Shown: positions 39,260-49,383, numbered from the stretch's first letter. The stretch is 64,000 nt of DNA from Promethearchaeia archaeon (GCA_046483985.1 JAWOCD010000075.1:32001-96000); one strand, 5' to 3'. Translations and numbers: made by a program. The notes: generated by a model from the sequence alone, not told the origin.

Positions 39260-41233
39260 ATGTCTGAAAATGAAGAAAAGATGGAAAGTATTCTTTCTGA
39301 GGAAAGAAAATTTTTTCCTAAAGAGTTGAATCCTGAATTCGCAAAATCTGGGATGTCTTATGAAGAATATGAGGAACTATATGAACAAAGTATTGAAGAT
39401 ATGGAAGAATTCTGGGGGGAACGAGCAAAATCACTTGATTGGTTCGAGGAATATGATGAGGTTTGGGAAGAAACAGACTTATTTCCTGGAAAATGGTTTG
39501 TAGGCGGTAAATTAAATGTGTGTTACAATTGTATTGACCGACATGTGGAAGCTGGCAAAGGAGACGAAGTCGCCCTTATCTGGGAAGCAGATGAGCCGGG
39601 TAATGTGAAGAAGTACACCTTTAATGAACTTTTAAAAGAGGTAAGTAAATGTGCAAATGGAATGAAAGAGCTAGGTATAAAAAAGGGAGATAGAGTCACT
39701 ATTTGGCTTCCTATGATTCCTGAGTTAGCCATTATCATGCTAGCGTGTGCTCGTCTAGGTGTTATCCATTCTATTGTATTTGGAGGCTTTTCAAAAGAAG
39801 CTGTGAAGGATAGAGTGGAAGACTCGAATTCCAGACTCCTATTTACATGTGACCAAACTCTTCGAGCTGGAAAAACCTATCCAAAAATGGATGACGTGGC
39901 TAAAATTGTCGATGATATTCCCATGATCGAACATGTAATAAAAGTGAAGCATACTGGAAATGAAGTTGCAAGCACAGAAAAAGATATCTGGTACGAGGAT
40001 TTTATTGAAGGAGTCGATGATGAATGTGAATGTGAAGAAATGGATTCAGAGGATACCTTATTTATCCTCTATACAAGTGGAACCACGGGAAAACCGAAAG
40101 GAGTAAAACATACCACTGCTGGTTACCTCTTATATACTTCCTATACTCACAAATATGTCTTTAATTATCAAGAAGGGGATGTATGGTATTGTACAGCGGA
40201 TATTGGTTGGATTACGGGTCACAGTTATATTATTTATGGACCGCTGGCTAATGGAGCCACAACCTTAATGTTTGAAAGTGTACCAACTTACCCCGATGTG
40301 GACAGATTTTGGCAAATTTGTGAAGACCATGAGGTGACTCATTTTTACACTGCGCCGACCGCGATTCGTGCATTAATGCGACATGGAGAAGAGCCCGTTG
40401 AGAAACACGATCTCAGTTCTCTGAAAGTTCTCGGAACAGTGGGAGAACCCATTAATCCTGAAGCATGGTTATGGTACCATAGAGTGATTGGAAAGGAGAG
40501 ATGTCCTATTGTTGACACATATTGGCAAACTGAAACGGGAGGTTTTATTGTAACCCCTATTGCAACCGCCACTCCAACTAAGCCAGGTTCTTGCTGTAAA
40601 CCCGCATTAGGTATTGACCCAAAAATTTTCGATGTATCTGGAAATGAGATTACTGAACCGAATGAAGGGGGGTATTTCTGTATGGCTCAACCATGGCCTG
40701 GGATGCTCCGTGATGTATGGGGTAATACTGAACGATTTAAATCTACATATTTAGAAAGATATCCGGGTAATTATTATACGGGTGACGGTGCCAGAATAGA
40801 CGAAGAAGGTTACTATTGGATCCTTGGACGCCTTGATGACGTTATTAAAGTTTCTGGTCACAGAATTGGAACTATGGAAGTTGAATCTGCTTTAGTGAGT
40901 CATCCAAAGGTTGCAGAAGCTGCTGTTGCACCATTTCCTCATAAGATAAAGGGAAATGCTATTTGGGCTTATGTAACTCTGATGGAGGGAGTAGAAAAAA
41001 CGGAAGATCTCAGAAAAGAAATTTCCCAACATGTTAGAACCGAAATCGGTCCTGTCTTTCAACCTGATGTTGTGCAATTTGCAGACGCGTTACCAAAAAC
41101 CCGAAGCGGAAAAATTATGAGAAGAATTCTGAAGGCTATTGCTTCTGGTGAAGATGTTGGAAATACGACTACTTTGGCTGACCCGAGCGTTGTTGACGAT
41201 CTCTTAGAAGCACGCAAAGAAATGGATTTATAA
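39260..41233 (+). CDS. acs: AMP-forming acetyl-CoA synthetase
   Basis: YTSGTTGKPKG, ADIGWITGH, GEPINPEAW, WQTETG, PKTRSGKIMRR, TTTLADP. Confidence 0.97.
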   Translation: MSENEEKMESILSEERKFFPKELNPEFAKSGMSYEEYEELYEQSIEDMEEFWGERAKSLDWFEEYDEVWEETDLFPGKWFVGGKLNVCYNCIDRHVEAGKGDEVALIWEADEPGNVKKYTFNELLKEVSKCANGMKELGIKKGDRVTIWLPMIPELAIIMLACARLGVIHSIVFGGFSKEAVKDRVEDSNSRLLFTCDQTLRAGKTYPKMDDVAKIVDDIPMIEHVIKVKHTGNEVASTEKDIWYEDFIEGVDDECECEEMDSEDTLFILYTSGTTGKPKGVKHTTAGYLLYTSYTHKYVFNYQEGDVWYCTADIGWITGHSYIIYGPLANGATTLMFESVPTYPDVDRFWQICEDHEVTHFYTAPTAIRALMRHGEEPVEKHDLSSLKVLGTVGEPINPEAWLWYHRVIGKERCPIVDTYWQTETGGFIVTPIATATPTKPGSCCKPALGIDPKIFDVSGNEITEPNEGGYFCMAQPWPGMLRDVWGNTERFKSTYLERYPGNYYTGDGARIDEEGYYWILGRLDDVIKVSGHRIGTMEVESALVSHPKVAEAAVAPFPHKIKGNAIWAYVTLMEGVEKTEDLRKEISQHVRTEIGPVFQPDVVQFADALPKTRSGKIMRRILKAIASGEDVGNTTTLADPSVVDDLLEARKEMDL

Positions 41234-41417
41234 ATTATCTCCTATCTTGTAAATTATTACTTTTCAAATCTCTTTTTATTTTTTTCTACCCTTTTTTAGA
41301 GTATAGAATAAGTTTTCTCTGATTGCAGATTAAAGTATTTTGTTGGACGGCGAATCGATATTTTTTAATTCTATAGCAAGCCAGATCACAAGAATAATTG
41401 TTTAATGGACCCGTAGT

Positions 41418-41449
41418 TATCCCCTTCCTTTAGGGAGGCGAGGTTTCAA
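41418..41449 (+). mobile_element. IS200/IS605-like right-end remnant (hairpin followed by TCA)
   Basis: TATCCCCTTCCTTTAGGGAGGCGAGGTTTCAA: GC-rich hairpin around CCTTTAGG followed by TCAA; no tnpA/tnpB ORF nearby. Confidence 0.5.
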
Positions 41450-41829
41450 TTTTCTAGAGACTCATTAATCTTCTTCACGAGATTATTAAAGTCAGCCATT
41501 AGATTACTGACGTTCATGGATTTGATCAAAACCATTATAAGAATCATTTCTTCATTACATTCTTTAATGACGAGATTATGGTCAGCCAGTTCAGCAAAAA
41601 TCTGTGTGATTCCTTTCTTATTAGAATTATACGCGATTCCCATCCCACCTTCAAAGGCTGTCGCGCACATAGCCGAAAAATTTTCTAAATCGGTCATAAC
41701 CTTCTTAAAATCCTGACTCAAGGTTTTCGTAATAGGTTCTCCATTTTTTCTGGCAAGTATTATCCCACATATATTTCCCATAGATCTTATCTGCTCTAAT
41801 TTCCGTAATAATTCAGAATCTTCTCGCAC
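41446..41829 (-). CDS. Roadblock/LC7-domain protein
   Basis: 127 aa; GIILARKNGEPI, FSAMCAT and IFAEL..HNLVI match the roadblock pattern. Confidence 0.75.
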   Translation of the reverse strand: MREDSELLRKLEQIRSMGNICGIILARKNGEPITKTLSQDFKKVMTDLENFSAMCATAFEGGMGIAYNSNKKGITQIFAELADHNLVIKECNEEMILIMVLIKSMNVSNLMADFNNLVKKINESLEN

Positions 41830-41947
41830 GAACTATTTCATCACTCCTATGAATTGTTTCCTATGGGTGGTAATTTATGAAGGTATATAAATCATCTTGT
41901 CATATTTGAAGATAAACAGAAAAACTTTTTTAGTATGTGCTTAGAAT

Positions 41948-43318
41948 ATGTCCGAAAGACTGACAACAATTATTGAAAAAACAAATGATGAGTTTATTAA
42001 AAATGATCTCCGTCCGTTTTTACAGATTCCCAGTAATACCCTAAATACTAAGGGTATTCAAAAAGCCAAGCAATTCATACTCGACTATATACGAGAGATC
42101 TGTGACGAAGTAACGGAACTGGAGGGTAAAATAAGTCCACTCTTTTTAGGAAAGATATCTGGGAAAAGTGAAAAAACTCTACTCATTTATATGATGTATG
42201 ATACGCAACCGGTTTATAAAACCGACAAATGGATTTGTGAACCTTTTTCTGGAGATATTACTCAACTGCCTGCCCCATTAGATTCACTCGGAGATTGTAT
42301 AATTGCAAGAGGCGCATATAACTCAAAGAGCCCTTTATTGTGTTTTTTAAATACTATAAAACTGCTAAAAAAAGAGAAAGCGTTACCGATTTCCTTGCTT
42401 CTCTTATTTGATGGGGAAGAGGAAAAAGGATCTCCTACGCTTTTGCAAACTTTGGAAACCAAACAAGAATTATTCAAAGGATGTATGGGTGCCTATTATC
42501 CTGCTGCAAAGCAAGATCTTAATGGAAATGCAGTACTCAAATTGGGCTATAAAGGGATCCTTTCCCTCACTCTTCACATCACAACACCGAATAAAGAACC
42601 GCATTCGGCCTTCAGTGGTATGATTCCTAACCCTGCATCCGAGTTAGTCAATTTATTAACTAAGATCTACTCCAATTCTCAATTTCAAATTGACTCGCTT
42701 AAGCAAAGTTATGAACTTTCCAAGGAAGATCAAAAAATTCTAGACCAACTTTATGCTATATTAGATCTGGAGAAAATTAAAAAGAAAGCGGGAATTCGAG
42801 TGACTCGGTTTAAAGACCTTGAGAAAGATTTTGAGCATTATTTGTTCTCTCCCACATTCAATATTTCTACCTTAAGATCGGGGTTTTTAGGTGAGGGAAT
42901 CAAAAACTTTACCCCCAATGAAGCTTTTTGTAATATTGACATTCGATTTGCTCATAATATTAAGGCACAACAAATTTTCAAGGAGATTAAAGAGATTGTG
43001 TCCCATTATTCAAATGAATCATCAGCGAATATCAAATTAATCAAACACATAGGGTATAAAAGTTCACGAGTTCAAAGAAATTCATTGTTAGTGAAGAATC
43101 TAATCCACGGTCTTGAAAACTTCGATATTGATATTGAAATCTGGCCTATAAGTGCAGCAGCAGCCCCATTAAGTAAAATTCAAAATATTTTAGGGTTTGA
43201 TTTTATAGTTGGCGGAATGGGCATTGGAGGATATGCACATCAAATGAATGAATTCATACAATTAAAATCCATCATTAAAATGAGACTATTATATTACTAT
43301 TTCCTTAACAATTTCTGA
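41948..43318 (+). CDS. M20/M25/M40 family metallo-hydrolase with atypical metal ligands
   Basis: YDTQP, ARGA, DGEEEKGS, HS, DIRF, AH..NE. Confidence 0.85.
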   Translation: MSERLTTIIEKTNDEFIKNDLRPFLQIPSNTLNTKGIQKAKQFILDYIREICDEVTELEGKISPLFLGKISGKSEKTLLIYMMYDTQPVYKTDKWICEPFSGDITQLPAPLDSLGDCIIARGAYNSKSPLLCFLNTIKLLKKEKALPISLLLLFDGEEEKGSPTLLQTLETKQELFKGCMGAYYPAAKQDLNGNAVLKLGYKGILSLTLHITTPNKEPHSAFSGMIPNPASELVNLLTKIYSNSQFQIDSLKQSYELSKEDQKILDQLYAILDLEKIKKKAGIRVTRFKDLEKDFEHYLFSPTFNISTLRSGFLGEGIKNFTPNEAFCNIDIRFAHNIKAQQIFKEIKEIVSHYSNESSANIKLIKHIGYKSSRVQRNSLLVKNLIHGLENFDIDIEIWPISAAAAPLSKIQNILGFDFIVGGMGIGGYAHQMNEFIQLKSIIKMRLLYYYFLNNF

Positions 43319-43473
43319 ACATTCATAGATTTCATGTGAGTAGGAGGAACTTTCTATTCTTGCTATTAAATTTAAAAATAATGAAACCATAAATATTATA
43401 TAAATAAAAATTCACATTTTTTAGAAATTTTATAATTTGAAAGATGAGAAAAATTGGAGGGCGAAATTAAGAA

Positions 43474-44019
43474 ATGGCAGATGCCCTATATAAGTTAGTG
43501 GTTTTCGGAGATGGGGGTGTGGGAAAAACCAGTTTAGTGACCCGATATTTGCAAGGAGTTTTTACAGGAAATACAACAATGACTATCGGTGTAGATTTTC
43601 ATACTAAAACGCTCAATATTAATGGAACAGAAGTATCTTTACAAATATGGGATTTTGCAGGAGAGGACAGATTCAGATTTCTCTTGCCCAGTTATTTAAG
43701 GGGTGCTAATGGAGGAATATTCATGTATGATATCACCCGCTATTCTAGTATTAAAAATTTTGATGCATGGCTTAATGTCTTAAGAACAGAAGCCGAAGAA
43801 GAGGTTAAAAATATGCCGATATTACTGGTTGGGGGAAAGTCAGATCTTGAACAAAGTCGGTCAATTAGCAAAAAAGAGGGCCGAAGATTAATGGAAAGTA
43901 AAGGACTGTATAATTTTATAGAATGCTCGGCAAAAACGGGTGAAAATGTTGAAGAAGTATTCTATACTATCACAAAACGGATGCTTGAAAGATCGGATAT
44001 TTTACAAGTTGAACCTTAA
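43474..44019 (+). CDS. Rab-like small GTPase
   Basis: GDGGVGKTS, TIGVDF, WDFAGEDRF, GKSD, ECSAK; no C-terminal prenylation Cys. Confidence 0.95.
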   Translation: MADALYKLVVFGDGGVGKTSLVTRYLQGVFTGNTTMTIGVDFHTKTLNINGTEVSLQIWDFAGEDRFRFLLPSYLRGANGGIFMYDITRYSSIKNFDAWLNVLRTEAEEEVKNMPILLVGGKSDLEQSRSISKKEGRRLMESKGLYNFIECSAKTGENVEEVFYTITKRMLERSDILQVEP

Positions 44020-44174
44020 TATCTTTGGGACTAAAGGACAATACAGGGATGCAAGATAAGATTAAAACACAACTTAAGTTCTTGCAGTAATCTAAAAAAA
44101 ACCTGACCTCTTAAAAGATTTCAATATTGGGAATTTAGAGAATTATATATGGAGAACCTGACCAAAAAATATTC

Positions 44175-45008
44175 TCAATTTAAAAAAATGGCTTCCATTT
44201 TTTCTATCGTCAGATCTGGAAGAAGATCTTTATCCATGTTCTTGGTTTTTCGTAATTCTTCAATTTTTGCAGAATCAACAACTCCCGTTAAGACCGCAAC
44301 TGTCGTGATGCCAGCTCTATTTCCGGCCAAAATGTCAGTGTCTAATCTATCTCCAAAGATACAAGCCTCCTCAGGATTGATATTATAATTCTTAAGAATT
44401 AATTGAATGCCATCGGGTTGCGGTTTCCCGAAAATCTTTATGGGTTTTTTCCCCGTACATGTTTCTATTGCATTAACCATTACTCCTGCTCCCGGTAAAA
44501 GACGACCCGGTGCGGGGAGAGTGGTATCGGGATTTGTTGCATAAAATTGTGCGTTTCCATCCAAAATACAACGCTGTGCTTTGGCTAAATTATCATAATT
44601 AAAATTCCTATCAAGTCCAGCGATGACAAAATCAACTTCGTTATAGCGTGTTTCGTCTGTAATGATTTTATGACCCAAAGCTTTAAGTTCTTCTCGGAGT
44701 CCTATTTCTCCGATTACAAAGATATTTGCCTCTTTCTTAATATTCGTAATCTCTGCAGAGGTAATAGACGCTGATGTATAGAAATCTGAAAATTCACATT
44801 TAATATTCATTTTCTTGAGCTTTTTTACGTACATCTGCCGGGTAATGGTCGAATTATTGGAATTATAGATAACATGAACCCCCGTTTCCTTTAATTCTCC
44901 TATTACCTTATCCACGCCCTTTATGATCTCTAATCCCCGATATACCACTCCGTCTAAATCAAAAATGGCCACTTTTATGTTCCTTAACTCCTCAATTAAT
45001 TGCGTCAT
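44175..45008 (-). CDS. HAD-IIA (NagD-like) phosphatase
   Basis: FDLDGV, SNNS, ATNPD, GKP, GDRLDTDI. Confidence 0.93.
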   Translation of the reverse strand: MTQLIEELRNIKVAIFDLDGVVYRGLEIIKGVDKVIGELKETGVHVIYNSNNSTITRQMYVKKLKKMNIKCEFSDFYTSASITSAEITNIKKEANIFVIGEIGLREELKALGHKIITDETRYNEVDFVIAGLDRNFNYDNLAKAQRCILDGNAQFYATNPDTTLPAPGRLLPGAGVMVNAIETCTGKKPIKIFGKPQPDGIQLILKNYNINPEEACIFGDRLDTDILAGNRAGITTVAVLTGVVDSAKIEELRKTKNMDKDLLPDLTIEKMEAIFLN

Positions 45009-45156
45009 TTTACCTAATAAGGATAATAGAAAATTATTTTTATTATTTTAGATATTAGGATTCTGGGGAGAATTTATCTATTTCTTCCATTATTATCCAT
45101 AAATTTGAGAGATTTTTTCTACAAGTTACATTAGCGTTAAAGAAAAAAGTAAAAAA

Positions 45157-46353
45157 TTAAAGAAATCCCACGGGAAATCCAAACAGCGATGTAAAGAACG
45201 CAAGACCAATTGTGATCAAAATGGGATTGAGAATATTATCTGCAATTACAAATGGGAAATAATCTAAGATAAAAAAGATGAGCGCTGCAAAAAGTCCATA
45301 GAATGGACCGACCGTAAATAATCCAATTAAATAAGCACTACCTACCCCGGCAAGAAACCCCTCAACGGATTTAATCTCTCCTCCATTACATTTAATCTTA
45401 TGGTCTCCATATTGACGTCCGATGAGGGCAGCAAGAGCATCAGAAAAACACGCCACCAATATACTGCATACGACAATCCAAATTTCAACAAATCCTGATA
45501 CATAGAAGAGAAAAGATACTATTGCCCCCGTAATTAAATAAATCTGTGGTCCAGCAGCATTATATTCCTTTTTTCTTAAGACATTTTTAGTAAGGAAATT
45601 GAAGATAGAATATTCAGCGCCCCATAATACTCTGATAAGATCCGAGATAATAGTTAACACTAACACAGCAATTAAGGCAAACATGGTGAGGTCAATGACT
45701 GCTTGGAAATCATTTTTGATATAAGGATAGTGGAGATTAATATCTCCCCAGAGCAAATTATAGGACCATTCTTGTTGGCTTATGAAATCTATCACCGAAT
45801 TATTCACCAATGTTGTTACAGGCGGAATAAAGAAAAATCCAAAAAAGGATAACAAAAATAGAAGACCTGCTAAGTGGAAGGACTTTCGTACACCCTCCAT
45901 CTTAATGGAGATCTTCTTTTGATAAGTTTCATTATTGCGTATATATCGAACAAATCTCCGGAGGGCAGTATCTTTTGGATCCTCTTCAAGATGGGTTTTT
46001 TTTTCCATATCTTCAATAATCTTTCTAATTATTAACGCGAACCCAATAAATATTCCTAAAATTATCCCAATCCACCAGATCATAAAACCATTATACGGAT
46101 ATGGAAGAAATCCGTAAATCGAATTATAGTATCCGAAGAAAATAAAGAGAATCCCCAAAAGAGTGGTAGAACTCCCTCCATAGTTATTCTCTGCTTTATA
46201 ACCTCTATATGCAATGAAGAACATTAGAAATGCGAGGAAAAAGAAAAATCCAGTAAAAGTGGTATTGTAGATTCCTTCAACTATTGTCCAGTTGTGCATC
46301 ATCCTTTTCATAGAAAAAATTAGATGTTTAAAAAATATTTTCAGATTTCTCAC
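45157..46353 (-). CDS. CTP-dependent lipid kinase (phytol/dolichol/DGK1-like) membrane protein
   Basis: RKSFH, SDALAALIG..YG, KSVEG, DNILNP. Confidence 0.8.
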   Translation of the reverse strand: MRNLKIFFKHLIFSMKRMMHNWTIVEGIYNTTFTGFFFFLAFLMFFIAYRGYKAENNYGGSSTTLLGILFIFFGYYNSIYGFLPYPYNGFMIWWIGIILGIFIGFALIIRKIIEDMEKKTHLEEDPKDTALRRFVRYIRNNETYQKKISIKMEGVRKSFHLAGLLFLLSFFGFFFIPPVTTLVNNSVIDFISQQEWSYNLLWGDINLHYPYIKNDFQAVIDLTMFALIAVLVLTIISDLIRVLWGAEYSIFNFLTKNVLRKKEYNAAGPQIYLITGAIVSFLFYVSGFVEIWIVVCSILVACFSDALAALIGRQYGDHKIKCNGGEIKSVEGFLAGVGSAYLIGLFTVGPFYGLFAALIFFILDYFPFVIADNILNPILITIGLAFFTSLFGFPVGFL

Positions 46354-46376
46354 TTTCGTAAAATAGGGTTTTTATC

Positions 46377-46434
46377 AAAAAAGCAAAAGAAAATTCCATT
46401 CTTTAGGATGGAGCCTTTAGGTGTGAGTAATTCA
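46377..46434 (+). mobile_element. Fused IS200/IS605-like left-end and right-end remnant
   Basis: 46377-46413 matches 59189-59225 at 34/37 nt, and is followed directly by a second CCTTTAGG...TTCA unit. Confidence 0.45.
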
Positions 46435-46638
46435 AAATATTAAAGATAAAACATTATCACCCTTATTACAGAAAAATAATAATCAAGTATGGGTCAAGGC
46501 GGTGATTTGACTCTATCCTTTCAAGCACGCCAGAAACCTGGCTTTTTCAATTGAGAGGATTTGATAATTTGGTATTGGCCCTATTTTCCATAAATTTTTT
46601 TAAAATCAAATTAACTCACTTTTCGCTCTCAAAAGAAT

Positions 46639-47706
46639 GTGAAGGAAAAAGGTATGAGAAAAATTAACTTTCATAAGGCCCTTAATCATGAATTACCGGA
46701 AGAGACACCCTTATACTGTACTGGATATCCGGAAAAAGAGTTCTTAGCCAATTATGTGCGTCAATATAAGTTGCAAATGAATCCCCGCTCTGATATTATA
46801 TTAAATAATAAAAATTTTTCTCTTATTGCACGAATGGGATTTGATGCAATTTCGCTCTGGGATTATCGAAGAGGAAAGGGAGGTTATGAATTGGATAACG
46901 GTTTACGTGTTGATGGATGGGGAAGGGTCTATAAGGGAAAATGGTATCAAAATGACGGGGTATTTAAGCAAAAAGCTGCCCTTGATACCTGGGATGAGTT
47001 ACATTTACCCAAAGAAAAGAAATTCGAAGAATTAAAAGAGTTCCTCCCCCAAATTCGAGAAATGTTGGTTCCTATTTTGTCTCTCCCCGGACTCTTTGAA
47101 AAGACTTGGCAATCGATGGGTTTATTCCATTTTTCCAAGTACCTTCATAATGATATTAATTATGTCCATCAAGTAATCGCTTTTTATGCCAACTATATTA
47201 AAGATCTTTTGGATAAGCTTTTTGCTGCTGGGGCTCGATCCTTTTTAATTGCCGATGACTGTGGATATAAGCAAAGGACCTTTTTATCTAAAGAACGTTA
47301 TGAAAAATTATTTGCAAAACCCTATAAGACGATCATAAAAATTATTAAAGACCATAACGGTAAGGTAATCTTACACGCTGATGGCAATATTTCTGATTTT
47401 GTGGATTTATTTATAGAATGGGGATTTGATGCCCTTCAAAGTTTAGAACCTAATGCTGGAGTCGATATTTTTTCTTTATTCGAACAATATACAAACAAAA
47501 TTTGTTTTATCGGCAATCTCGACGTCTCAACTCTCCTTTCCTATGGTAAACCCCAGCAAGTAAAAGAATATGTAAAAAAGGTGATATATACCTCAAGAAT
47601 ATATCAATCTCCGCTCATCGTTTCACCTACTCAGCAGATCCATACTCAAATTGACCCGGAAAATATTAAATCTATGATTGAAACCACTAAAAAAAGCAAA
47701 GATTAA
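46639..47706 (+). CDS. Uroporphyrinogen decarboxylase / MtaA-CmuA family protein
   Basis: DGWG, ADDCG, LHADG, GFDALQSLEP, GNLD; start may be ATG 46654. Confidence 0.85.
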   Translation: MKEKGMRKINFHKALNHELPEETPLYCTGYPEKEFLANYVRQYKLQMNPRSDIILNNKNFSLIARMGFDAISLWDYRRGKGGYELDNGLRVDGWGRVYKGKWYQNDGVFKQKAALDTWDELHLPKEKKFEELKEFLPQIREMLVPILSLPGLFEKTWQSMGLFHFSKYLHNDINYVHQVIAFYANYIKDLLDKLFAAGARSFLIADDCGYKQRTFLSKERYEKLFAKPYKTIIKIIKDHNGKVILHADGNISDFVDLFIEWGFDALQSLEPNAGVDIFSLFEQYTNKICFIGNLDVSTLLSYGKPQQVKEYVKKVIYTSRIYQSPLIVSPTQQIHTQIDPENIKSMIETTKKSKD

Positions 47707-47781
47707 AAATTTTATTTAATTTCTTTATTGAAAGTAATCTTATGTATCACTTTAGAAATTTGAATAATAGTACACAAATAT

Positions 47782-49383
47782 GTGCTGTATGCACCCATGA
47801 AAACATCTGATTTGAAGCGATTTTTAAAACGAGTTTTTCTCCGAGATTTAAATATTTCTAAGAAGGGTTTTTTGTATTTTCTCTCTGGTTTTTTATTTTT
47901 ATTTATTGCACTTGATTATATTTTAATGACCCGTTTGTTCAATTCGACGATTGACTTTTTGGCCATCAACGGAATCTTTATGCTTGTGATGATTTTTATC
48001 ACTATTGTGGCCTCGGGGTTTATTGTTGATAGATATAAAAATCGAATGCAATTACTGGTTCTTACTTCTATAGGTGTTGTTGGGGCCTTTCTCATCTTTC
48101 ATTTTCTCCCATTTGAGATTTCATTTTTAGCTGTTGGGCTTATCATTTTTTTTGGAGGAATTTTTCTCATAGATTTGCTTACTATTATTACCCACGAAAC
48201 AACTATCTTGAATCGGGGGCGAATATATGCATACCTTTTCTTTATTTCCTATATAGTAAGTCGGGTCATAGTTGTAATTAGCTTAATGCTCGATAATATT
48301 ATGGTAATTATAGGAATCGAGGCATTTCTCAGTATTTTTATATTTTTTGTATCTACACAATATAGCTATATTGAAACGGAAAAACGACTCACTTCTGATC
48401 TTTCATTTGGGGAGATCATAATTGAACGGGAAGAACTGCCCATCCTCGGATATTTATTGGCATATATGGGACTTGGATTCATCATAGGAAACGCTTTTCA
48501 GTTTAATATAAAATTTGAATTAGATCCTTTAAGTTTTTTGATTATTGCATTATTTTTTTTCCTTATTGCTGGCGTGTTACTGGACAATCAAGGGAGAAAG
48601 TGGACTTTTACGGCAGGTATTCTGATTATTTCATCCTTGGTTATATTTTCTGGAGTATTTGCAGAGTTGTATAATTCTATTTTCTTTGGCGTAACTATTT
48701 CAATTGTACTTATTATGCTTTTCGTTTTCACGAGTGATTTTGCAACCGAGCGAGATACCCTAAAATACCGTGGAAGAATCCCGTGCCTATTTTTATTTTT
48801 TCTATTTGGCGGATTTTTTATTGGTGTCTTAGTTAAGTTTATTTTAAACGAGGTTTATTTAATGAATCCAACCTTATTATCATGGTTTCCTGCGCTAATT
48901 AATGGGATTAATTCTTTTCTGCTCGTTTTGCTCCTGGTCTGGATTATGCCCCTCCCCGAGATTCTTTCAGCTAAAGAATCTGATTGGGCTCAATCCTTAC
49001 GAAATTTATATGTCTTTAATAAAAATTCAATCTGTCTCTATACTAAAAACTTCCTCTCTAATGATTACGATTTGGAATTGCCAAGTGAAGACCTTGTAAC
49101 TGGGGGATTAACTGGCATACTTGCATTAATCTCGGAAATTACTAATGAAAAGAAGAATCTAAGGATAATTGATAAAGATAAGGTAAAGATTTATTTTGCA
49201 TATGGAGAAAATGTGATAGTTTCATTAATTTCTACAAAATACTTACCAATATTATTTAAAAAATTGGAAATCTTTACTAAAGCATTTGAAGATAAATTTG
49301 AGGAGGAGCTGCTTAACTTCACAGGGAAAATCAACGTATTTAAGGATGAAACAGATTCTCTTGTTTCGAAATATTTTAAGTGA
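47782..49383 (+). CDS. MFS-like multi-pass membrane protein with a C-terminal longin-like domain
   Basis: About 12 TM segments with GxxxDR/DxxGRK loops; C-terminus LYVFNKNSICLY...LVTGGLTGI...F...FEDKF resembles Asgard longin domains. Confidence 0.7.
   Translation: MLYAPMKTSDLKRFLKRVFLRDLNISKKGFLYFLSGFLFLFIALDYILMTRLFNSTIDFLAINGIFMLVMIFITIVASGFIVDRYKNRMQLLVLTSIGVVGAFLIFHFLPFEISFLAVGLIIFFGGIFLIDLLTIITHETTILNRGRIYAYLFFISYIVSRVIVVISLMLDNIMVIIGIEAFLSIFIFFVSTQYSYIETEKRLTSDLSFGEIIIEREELPILGYLLAYMGLGFIIGNAFQFNIKFELDPLSFLIIALFFFLIAGVLLDNQGRKWTFTAGILIISSLVIFSGVFAELYNSIFFGVTISIVLIMLFVFTSDFATERDTLKYRGRIPCLFLFFLFGGFFIGVLVKFILNEVYLMNPTLLSWFPALINGINSFLLVLLLVWIMPLPEILSAKESDWAQSLRNLYVFNKNSICLYTKNFLSNDYDLELPSEDLVTGGLTGILALISEITNEKKNLRIIDKDKVKIYFAYGENVIVSLISTKYLPILFKKLEIFTKAFEDKFEEELLNFTGKINVFKDETDSLVSKYFK

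Noticed and set aside
45021-45098. Imperfect inverted repeat between the lipid kinase and NagD-like genes
   Set aside because: Short AT-rich arms, no target-site duplication and no second copy; compatible with chance or a terminator.
46482-46565. Cobalamin or SAM-I riboswitch
   Set aside because: GCCAGAAACCTGGC loosely resembles a B12-box, but the other conserved elements are missing; kept only as an unassigned structured candidate.
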